This document shows, piece after piece, positions 23,306-32,100 of a stretch of DNA of 64,000 bases. The translations under genes and the position numbers were made by a program. Under the pieces are notes generated by a model. That model was not told the DNA's origin, searched no databases, and was given only the letters and a program-made list of their open reading frames with translations. The stretch is from Pseudogymnoascus verrucosus (lineage: Eukaryota). The stretch lies in NCBI GenBank assembly GCA_001662655.1, contig KV460233.1. One strand, written 5' to 3'. How positions within the stretch are numbered: position 1 is the stretch's first letter; every line of letters starts with the position of its first letter.

Positions 23306-25258
23306 CTATGGCAAAGCCATATATAGTTTTAGCAACTTCTCAAAATTAGGCGTCCCAAGTCCAGTCACAGGATCCCACCCGATATCAGCATGAAATGCTT
23401 CAACATCACAGCCATAATTAAACCCTTCTACCACATCGTTAAATGCCCACTCATTTTCATAAAATACGGGATTCAAGAACCCGACCGATTTTTTTCCCGC
23501 ACTTAGTCTCCTATCATTGATTTTCGTAATAATGGAAGCAAGAACTGGTGTGGAGCAAGAAGTTCCATATGCTCCATATAAAAGCTGGTCGACTGCTATG
23601 ATATAATTTGCTGCATTGGCCGATACATCCGGGTAGCCTCTAGCAAAGCCAGACGAGTTGAAGAGATGACTGACATTATGAAGATGAGACTTTTGTCGAG
23701 AGAAATACCGGTCGATGTGGTGGGATTGATAACTAGGCCTTTGAAAAACATTGCTGAATCCGCCACCGGAAGTTACAACTTGGGCAAGAGTCGTATTTGG
23801 AAAACGGTGGTAGATAGCAACCTCATCGTCTGTCACTGTTCCATTGATTGGAAGTTGCGTACCACCGACTGACGTCACCCATGGACAGGTGGATGGGAAA
23901 GAAGGATTGAATAATCCGACCGTTTCGTTTGTAATATTGCCATTGTTTGGGTCGAGACAAACACCATCTTGCCCAGCAACTCCGTAGTCCCCGGAGGAAA
24001 AAATTATGGAAACGCCTTGTAATCCAAGTTTTAGGTACTCAAAGCATTGACGCTGGAGGTATGCCGGAGAATATGCTGCTTCGCGCCAGGCAAATGACAC
24101 GGAGATAACTTTCGTCGGACTATGGTTTCCGCAATCAGAGCTGTTGTAACCTCCAGGCCAGCCGGGAATTGGAGAAATAATTGGATCTGGGTAGATAGGG
24201 TCGTATGTTGAATCCAAAGCACCACAATAGGAGGCATCGAGAGCAGCGAGGAAGTTGTTCATATCCCCTTGCATCCAAAGATCGCCAACTGAATATAGCG
24301 TCACATTCTGAGGATGAACGAGCGCCATGCTGTACTCTAAATCAAGACTCACTTCTCCGTTAAAAGCAAATTGCTTTGAAAAGTTTTGCAAGAATCCTCC
24401 GTCGATAGATTCAAAGACCGGTTCCTTTCCAACCGCCTCGGGCATGAATAATTGAAAAAATGAATTTAAATCATCTTGGAAATATGATCCCCAGGCAAAC
24501 TCCACCAACCCAAGTGAATTATTGGAGTTAGATGTGTCGCCGGCGGGGATGTTGTATAGGGCGCGGACACACTCGGGCGTTGTCTGTTGAGCACAGGTTG
24601 TTATTGTCGATTTCAACGACGCAGCAAATGATGCAGCTTTTGAAAATTTAGATTGGTCATCTTTCAATGGGGCTATAGAGCGTGTGGCCCTTCTCTGTTG
24701 CTGAACTTGAAGTTCAAATTGTATTGTCGGCATTATAAAGTCAATATGGCGCTGAATGGATTTGGAAACGCTGTATTCGTCACAAGCTGCTCTAGATTCT
24801 CCTGTTCGTATATTCTGATAGATGTAATATCTTGCGTTTAGCAGCTTCTCTGCCTCTTGGACAGTGGCGTTTATTTGAAGCCAACCTCCGCAATGGGATC
24901 GAAATATCCTTGCTTCTGGAATGCCGGAATCTCTAACCCAAGCTGCCACGTCAGAAATCGCTTCTGGAGATGGAGCAAACATCCGTGCTACATCTTTTGG
25001 CGTCCAGTGCTGAGAGAAATTTGACGAAGCTGGATGTGAAATATTCAGGAGCAGATCTTCGGCTTTATCTAAGTTGCTCTGGGTCAAAGCTATTTTCAAT
25101 GGGAGGATTAGATCGAGGTCTAATGTCGATGATCTGGTCCACAACTCTGCATGTGGTACTCGCTTTTCGTGGATAGCAAATTCATTGTTGTGAGATCCTG
25201 TAGTAGCCAAAGCAAAAGCCATTTGGCATAATAACTCGAGGGAAATAAAAAGCTTCAT
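23306..25258 (-). CDS. Secreted sedolisin / tripeptidyl-peptidase (peptidase S53), intronless
   Basis: Signal peptide, prodomain 'LKIALTQSNL..ISHPASSNFSQHW', 'GEVSLDLEY', 'SSGDYG', 'GTSCSTP', Ca-site 'GWDPVTGLGTPNF'. Confidence 0.93.
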   Translation of the reverse strand: MKLFISLELLCQMAFALATTGSHNNEFAIHEKRVPHAELWTRSSTLDLDLILPLKIALTQSNLDKAEDLLLNISHPASSNFSQHWTPKDVARMFAPSPEAISDVAAWVRDSGIPEARIFRSHCGGWLQINATVQEAEKLLNARYYIYQNIRTGESRAACDEYSVSKSIQRHIDFIMPTIQFELQVQQQRRATRSIAPLKDDQSKFSKAASFAASLKSTITTCAQQTTPECVRALYNIPAGDTSNSNNSLGLVEFAWGSYFQDDLNSFFQLFMPEAVGKEPVFESIDGGFLQNFSKQFAFNGEVSLDLEYSMALVHPQNVTLYSVGDLWMQGDMNNFLAALDASYCGALDSTYDPIYPDPIISPIPGWPGGYNSSDCGNHSPTKVISVSFAWREAAYSPAYLQRQCFEYLKLGLQGVSIIFSSGDYGVAGQDGVCLDPNNGNITNETVGLFNPSFPSTCPWVTSVGGTQLPINGTVTDDEVAIYHRFPNTTLAQVVTSGGGFSNVFQRPSYQSHHIDRYFSRQKSHLHNVSHLFNSSGFARGYPDVSANAANYIIAVDQLLYGAYGTSCSTPVLASIITKINDRRLSAGKKSVGFLNPVFYENEWAFNDVVEGFNYGCDVEAFHADIGWDPVTGLGTPNFEKLLKLYMALP

Positions 25259-26135
25259 TGTGAACTGGAATTGGATCATGTAGTTTTAGAGCGGTGTCAA
25301 CGTGTGAGAGAGGGATTCACTCACCCCCATGTAATCTTCATATTATTCCAGATATACCCTCACGGCTATGTTGACACCATTGAAATGGTCAAGAGGATTT
25401 CTGGCTCTCGTATCTTCATGACCGAGGAGATATCTATCGCACTTTCTTACCTGCTGCTCGTTGATGTAGTGACACTGCATATGCGATGCAGTTGGACATC
25501 ATGCTGTTAGAAATCGTTTACCACTTACCATTTACCATGGAGGCAAAGCTTAGGCAAAGCTTAGGCTGCGCTCGGACACTAACATTTCAATTTATCCAAA
25601 TACACTCAGGGCCTATTAACGACGCCGGTTTGCGCATCTATTTGAAGGAGGCTCCACTAACTGCCCGAAATATTTAAAGGAAGTATTGATAACGGGCTTC
25701 TAGATTAGGGCGTGGGGTGGAATGCAGAATCCTTTGACAAATGGAGACCAACCAAGTTGCACGAATAAATTGTAAGACTGAGGCATTATCATGAGTTTTA
25801 AATTACATGGGTGGTAGTAGGATGGTCTTGCACGGATAAACCGGCAACGGTTATATTCCACGTACAAACGGTATTATACCGCCTCGATTGTTGAAAATTG
25901 AAGCTGACTTACAAGGCCTAAAGCTGGTCTACATACTTTTTCTTTGCGCAAGATCCATGACCAAAATCTATTCCATCTTAACAGCAGCTTGGAAGAAAAG
26001 AAGCTGAGTTGTAGTAGAAGTATAAAGTCTTTGTGAATGCGCCTACATCTATCTTCCTGTTACTCAAGCTCTCCTCTGACAACTTGATACTCACCTTGAA
26101 AAAGTTTTATATTGTTCACTACATAACGTACCAAG

Positions 26136-26563
26136 ATGGTTTTCGCACTCAAATCAATCGTGCTTGTCACAATGCTTGCAGCCGCCCAGGCTCTTCCCTC
26201 TCCTGCTCCTGCCTCCTCGGAATTGGAAAAACGAGTAAGTTAACCCTATCCTTCTAATATTGAACCGACAACCGACACTGATGATTATGTAGGCAGCCAT
26301 TGTAAGACCCTTTTTATACTGAGATTCGTTTTGTTATACTCGAGGTGTATTAATATGACTGTCTCTAGCCCGTGTGTCTTGCGGCTTGTACGCTCGCATG
26401 CTTGAGCCTACCACCTCCAGCAGACCTAGCGTGCGAGGTCTCTTGTCTGGCTTTCTGCCTCGGAAGTGTTGAAACCGGAGGAAGTATTGGGAGCGTCGAT
26501 TCCGCTAAAGGAGTCATTGTTGCTGGGAATGGAGATGTCATCTTCACAGCCAGCAGCACCTAA
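26136..26563 (+). CDS. ~100-aa secreted Cys-rich prepropeptide (exons 26136-26234, 26293-26301, 26369-26563)
   Basis: TATAAA at ~26021; signal/pro MVFALKSIVLVTMLAAAQALPSPAPASSELEKR ends at a GTAAGT donor; in-frame join to PVCLAACTLAC-X10-CEVSCLAFC. Confidence 0.8.
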
Positions 26564-27119
26564 GCGGACGCTATTTTGATGCGAGGCGAGCATCATATAG
26601 AGCGTTTAAGGTAGTGTGACTGGTGAAGTTTTGACAAAGTTGGTTGGTTTAGGATGGCAGAGTCATTCCACCTGCTGTGTCCGAGTCTATCTTTCTTTCA
26701 TCTTAGTAGCTAAAATACAATAAAACCCTTTGGCCAAGGAACCTATTCTACACTATACTCCGTTTCCTACTTAAATTGTAAATTGAACTTAATTCGAGTG
26801 AGTCCACTCAGAGCGAAAGGTGTAGGTAGCAGGTAGCTCTATGTAGTAGACTGCATAAAAAGTGTTAACTATATGTTCCTTTTCACTCATTTTATAAGTA
26901 AAGATACGTGCACTTTTCCCCCGTCTAAGGCGACCACCCCGCTTCTGGGTAAATTGCTTCCAACGTCTGGAAGGTGGTAAGCGAAGCGAATAGATAGATA
27001 GTCCAACATGTAAGCATTATAAAGCCCCTCATTCCATGATCTCCAAAACGCTCCTCACCTCCTTGCTTATCTCAACTTTGCAAACGATACCATCTTGCAA
27101 ACGATATCATCACTCCGAC

Positions 27120-27520
27120 ATGGCCGATCCACAAGCGCCAGCCGATTTTACCGTTGCCATGAACTATGTCAAAGAATTAAAGGTAAGTTACTTCAACTAT
27201 CCGAATGTTGCAGCCTAGTTTGGCTGGACGTTGATCCAACCCACCCCCCCCCACCGGCCTTCTCCCTACTACAGGCAAAAGAAACCCTTAAATCGCTAAT
27301 GTTGGATCTTCTTAAGGAACACCGTCCGGATCTATGGCCGCAGTTCGAGGAATACATCACCGAATATCGAACTCCACCTCGCGACCTCGACAGATTTCAT
27401 GCCCAAGTCAAGGAGCTCTTAAAAGATGAGCCGGACCTCTACGCTAGGTTCGAGGAATTTTTCCCCAAGAAGAGTGGTGGGCAGGAGACGGAAGGACAAG
27501 GAGAAAACAATGCCACTTGA
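27120..27520 (+). CDS. Small stand-alone PAH (Sin3-type paired amphipathic helix) protein; exon 27120-27182 joined to 27317 (or 27275)-27520
   Basis: 'AMNYVKELK|EHRPDLWPQFEEYITEY....FHAQVKELLKDEPDLYARFEEFFP' follows the PAH pattern A..YV..IK..P..Y..F...L..Y.....V..L....PDL...F..FLP; AAG|GTAAGT donor, both acceptors in frame. Confidence 0.72.
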
Positions 27521-27868
27521 AGTCTTTAACCTTGGAGAGGTTAGATGTAATACAGACTGGAGATGGGAATACTAGGGTTTTAATCAAAATGACGATGGGT
27601 TTGAGTTGAGAACTGTCTAGAGTTGGAACATCAGCTCTGAAGAAACTGGCATATCATCGTCTTAACCCTCGTCACCCTTCTATTTATTCATATGGTGATT
27701 TGAGCCTACCTACCCCCGACAAATAACGCCTTCCGTATTGTCGTTTGCCTCGTATACGTAGCACTGACAGCGCACTACGAACTGGGTAGATCGCCAGATG
27801 GTCCCGACTGCTGATCCTGATGATCCCCCGCCAGATATCCACTGTGCCATGCGGCCCGTGCTGCTTAG

Positions 27869-28020
27869 GGCCACTTAAACTCGGTCACATCACTAGCCTT
27901 CTCTCCGGACGGCAAGGTGTCGCATTAGGCTCAAGAGACAAGATTTGGGAAAGTGTTACAGGGGTGGTGCTACACAAGCTGGTCGCGTCAAGCTTAGACG
28001 ATAAGACAGTGGTCTGTAGC
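27869..28020 (+). pseudogene. Decayed HET-E-type WD40 repeat fragment
   Basis: Translates GHLNSVTSLAFSPDGK, then frameshifted VALGSRDKIWESVTGVVLHKLVASSLDDKTV. Confidence 0.65.
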
Positions 28021-29625
28021 CTGGTCTGGGAAGAGGTGATCAACGCAGCTCGGCGCATCTACGACAGCCTGCATCACCATTCCACATCAATCACACGATT
28101 GCCATTATCATTACAGCCCCAAAGGTGTATATATCGCTCCGTTAACCACACCTACCAGACTTGATGAGCCTCAAATTTTCCAACTTCCAATTTCCGTCTC
28201 TCACCCAACATATACATCTACCCCTATAACCTCCATCCACCTTCATCATTCACCACACCTAACATAGACGTGATGCTGACCCTCCGCGTCAAAAAGACGC
28301 AGCTTAGGTGCTTCATTTCTAATTTCCGAGTTATTTTCTCCTCTTAGCTCTACACATTTACCCTCATAACATGCATACATACACCCACATTATTCATGGC
28401 CAAAAAATGACATGTTGCCGCCGACCCCTCCCCGACGTGACGTGGCCTAGATGCTTCAATTCACCCTTACCCTTTTGACTCGCCGAGATACACATTTCCT
28501 CACTACATCATCCTGATATCCGCACTATCCTCACCATTCATCCACAGGTACCTACCAAAAAAAGGTAGGGTGTGCCGCCAACTTTCCCTAGCGAGTCCTC
28601 CCGCCTTATTTCCCCCCTTCCCTCAGCTACGCCTCATACTTATTTACCGCCTAGACACCACACACTACTCAGCTTCCAAAGCCGCCTCGCCCATCGACCC
28701 GCGCCACATCCGCCGCCTACGGCATTAACATTCACATAATTCACCAGTACAGTCCCAAATCCGCATCATGTGCCGTCAACTCTCACCGAGGCCCTACCTC
28801 CTAGGGTTCATTTGTCTCAGTACTCCATTAGACAGTGTCTCACCCGCCTGTCTATGCAAGGTAGGTTTACAAACCGCGTCATCCAAGGTATTCACTGAAT
28901 TTACAAGTTACACAGCAGCCGAAGAAAGCGGCTTAGACCTCAATTCCTATCTCCCTTTTCCTTTTTTACCAGTATGCACAATCAGGCCCCGAGAATATAC
29001 ACGCTCACGGGATGTACAGTACAGTCAACAGCCGAGCAGCGTTATGTCGTTGACATCTGTCCTCTCCGAGCCATTGTCATTTCATCTCGACTTCGGAAGC
29101 AGTTTCGACCAGCCTGCTAGGTGTTGAAGGTATATATGTATGGTGCCGTCGACTCCCCATGGGATGCGGTTCTCATCCCCCTCCTCCGAGCTACGCCCTA
29201 TACACATCTACTACCCCCAACACCCCATCATTTCACAGCATTCACATCACACAAGTGCAGTTAAACAAAAAGTATAGTGTGCCACAGGCTCCCCCCCGGA
29301 TTTTTCCCGAGAGGGTCCTCAAAAAAATGAGGGTATCCATTTCTATCTAAGACAACATCCCCTCCTTCCCCGCCCCTCCCCCTTCCAAAAAAATTACAGC
29401 CTCCTTGACGGGCTGACCAAATGGGTGCCAGCCAGACTGAACAATCAAAACAAATAAGTTATCCCAGATAACGCCTTCCTTTCCTTCCTTTCCTTCTGTA
29501 ACCCTTTTTTTCCGGTTTAACCCGGATGTGTGTGTGGGCTGGAATTGGTTTTGGTGTACACAGGCATGCTGTAGCAGTAGCTCAGTCGTGCCTTCCTCCT
29601 CCCCCCATGTTCATCCATCCCCCAT

Positions 29626-31170
29626 CTAAGCAGCCAACTCCCCATCCCCCCCCGTATTCCCCGGCACAATCAGCTCCTCCACCTGCCCACTCTCATCCAC
29701 AAACTTCCTCTCACTAACATGTTTCCCCTCCTCCCCCGCAACCCACACCTTATCCTCAAACTTCCCCCGTCTCTGCCCCTCCTCATGCCTAAACGCACAC
29801 TGCGGATTCAAGCACGGATTAAACTTACACATCGTCTTCACATGCGTAAACGTGCACCCCTCATCCTTGCAATCCGCACCATTCCTACACAACGGCGCCG
29901 TCGGATGTCTGAAGGGACAGCGCGCGTTCGTGCAGTTGGGGAAGAACTTGCAGTCCTGCTCCGCGTTATGTGCGACCTTCTGCGCGGGCGAGGGGTGGCG
30001 AGCAGTGCACTTGCGGTTCTTGCAGGCGGCTCCAAAAGCGCAGGTGTCGGTTATGTCGATGGCGGTCCCCGGGGGAGCAGCGGGGGATTGATGCGCGAAT
30101 TTGCAAGAGCTGTTGGTGCAGGAGAGGTTGAATTTGCAGGTTGTGTCGGGGGAGGCGGGTTCGTGGGCGGGGGTGAGGACCATGTCCATTGGGGAGATGG
30201 GGGAGGCTTGCTGTTGTTGTTGGTGTTGCTGGTGTTGTTGTTGTGGGTGTTGCTGGAATGGAGGGCGGTTATTGAATTGTTGCTGCCTTTGCCCTCGTCC
30301 AGGCTGCACGCGGTCGAATAGTGAGCGTCCGGTATTACGGCCTTGTTGCTGCTGCTGGTACGATGGCATGCCGCCCATAGGCATCTGGCCACCATTCCCT
30401 GCCATCATGGAGGCGTGCTGTTCGGGTGTGAACATCTGCTGCATCATGCGGAACATCTCCATCTGCTGCGCGGGGGTGATCATGTTCCCCCCCGCCGGTC
30501 CACCCTGCATGCCTCCTCCCATGGCGCCGAATCGGCCGCCTCGCTGCTGCATGTTCCCCCGCGGCCCGGTGGGGGCGCCGCGGCCGCCGATGCGCTCGTT
30601 TCCGCCGTGGGCGCGGACGCGGTGGAGCACGGAGTCTTTGCCGTCGAGGTTCTTTTGCAGTTGGCCTAGCATGCGCCTATCTCTTCCGCGGTTCATGCCG
30701 GCGCCGCCGGTGCGCATCGATTTGGGGCCTGTTGGTCTGGGTTCTGTTAGTTGAAGCTCTTGAAGCGAGTAGGGTAAGGTATGGTGCTGTACATACACAT
30801 TTGGATCTCCTGCTTCGGATGCATCTCCCATCACTTCGTCATTGCCACCTTCCGCCGCCTCAGCTTGAGGGGCGCCATTTTGGTGAACAGCACCGCCGCT
30901 CTGCTGCTGGGTAAGATGCGCCACCTGCTCAAACAGCCAGTGCGCAAACTCCTTCGCTCCCGGGTCGTCCGGGCCAAGGTTCAACAGGTCCCCCGATAAC
31001 TCAGCCGCAATCTGGTCTTGTGTCTTTCCATTTGCTAGCATGAGGATGATGTATTCCGCCAGCGCCGAGTCGTCGGTTCCGCCTGTGCTCCAGCCTATCT
31101 CGGCCAGCTTGGGTTGTATCGCGTCATTGAGAGCGGCTGTGATGGACTCGTTGAGGATGGCGACAGACAT
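29626..31170 (-). CDS. NAB2: Nuclear polyadenylated-RNA binding protein (Nab2/ZC3H14-like); probable intron 30796-30737
   Basis: N-terminal PWI-like 'LAEYIILMLANGKTQDQIAAELS', RGG and Gln-rich middle, tandem CCCH fingers (CKFNLSCTNSSCKFAH ... CKFNPCLNPQCAFRH). Confidence 0.85.
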   Translation of the reverse strand: MSVAILNESITAALNDAIQPKLAEIGWSTGGTDDSALAEYIILMLANGKTQDQIAAELSGDLLNLGPDDPGAKEFAHWLFEQVAHLTQQQSGGAVHQNGAPQAEAAEGGNDEVMGDASEAGDPNVYVQHHTLPYSLQELQLTEPRPTGPKSMRTGGAGMNRGRDRRMLGQLQKNLDGKDSVLHRVRAHGGNERIGGRGAPTGPRGNMQQRGGRFGAMGGGMQGGPAGGNMITPAQQMEMFRMMQQMFTPEQHASMMAGNGGQMPMGGMPSYQQQQQGRNTGRSLFDRVQPGRGQRQQQFNNRPPFQQHPQQQHQQHQQQQQASPISPMDMVLTPAHEPASPDTTCKFNLSCTNSSCKFAHQSPAAPPGTAIDITDTCAFGAACKNRKCTARHPSPAQKVAHNAEQDCKFFPNCTNARCPFRHPTAPLCRNGADCKDEGCTFTHVKTMCKFNPCLNPQCAFRHEEGQRRGKFEDKVWVAGEEGKHVSERKFVDESGQVEELIVPGNTGGDGELAA

Positions 31171-31684
31171 GGTGACGGCGGTGGTAGGGTGGCGCGGAGG
31201 GTGGTGAAGTTGGGCGCGCGCGTCGAGTCTCGAGAGAAACGGAGTCGGAGTCGATCGCGGGTGAATGGGTCGTCTCTCTGGGTCCTTGAGCGTGCTATGG
31301 TGACAATCGGTTGTATAGCTGCGCCGGTTGTGGGTTGGAAGCAAAGGAAGTTTGTGGAAGTTGGTTCTTCGACGCCTTCAATTATTCCCAGCTAAGGTAA
31401 CAAGAAAGGCTAGCGTGGTGGTGAGCACGTGACTACTTTGACGTTGGCTGGCTCGTGATGGCCAATGAGATCGTGCTGACTAAGAACAGATCTATCTAGA
31501 ACGTCGGTGAATGAAGTTGGATCTTGCTGATTCACCATCATCAGGTTCTGGACTCGCATCTTATGTAGGCAGTGGGTGGGCGTGAATATTCGTTTCAGCC
31601 TCGAGCATTTCGTTTTAATCATTCATTTGCCTTCATTCGTTTCATCTATTTCTAGTGAAATGACTTGATTTTCTGTACAAGTGA

Positions 31685-32100
31685 GAGGACTCGAAACGTC
31701 ATACAACTGTGTGAGTGTAAACTCTATAAAGAGTTCCTTTGCTCGGCAACAAGGAGGCTGTTGTATGGGTATTTGAGGACTGGAAACGTCACACGATGGT
31801 TAGAGTGTAATCACCTTCATAGGATTCCCTTCTTTATCGGCAACAAAGCTATCGTATGGGTATTGGAGGATTCGACCGACCATACGATGATCAGAGTGTA
31901 AACTCTTTCAGTGACTCCTTTACTCGGCAACAAAAGAAAGCCGCTCGATGCATATCGGAGGATTCTTAACCCCCGAATGTGAACTCTCTCGCAAAAGATG
32001 TTTCTTCAGGCCCACATCAACGGAGGAAAATTATGCCGCATTGGTGAGATGGACTCGGCCAGTGTGTAAACTGTCCACAGAGATCCCTTTGCTCGCGGAG
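31685..32100. repeat. Degenerate ~90-bp tandem repeat, 4-5 units
   Basis: GAGGA(C/T)T anchors at 31685, 31775, 31866, 31958; recurring GAGTGTAAACTC and CCTTT.CTCGGCAACAA. Confidence 0.7.

Noticed and set aside
6600..29600. Starship-type giant element as an explanation for the accessory island
   Set aside because: No tyrosine-recombinase captain gene or boundary repeats visible
31685..32100. CRISPR-like reading of the 90-bp periodic repeats
   Set aside because: Whole units are homologous (no unique spacers), eukaryotic context, no cas genes
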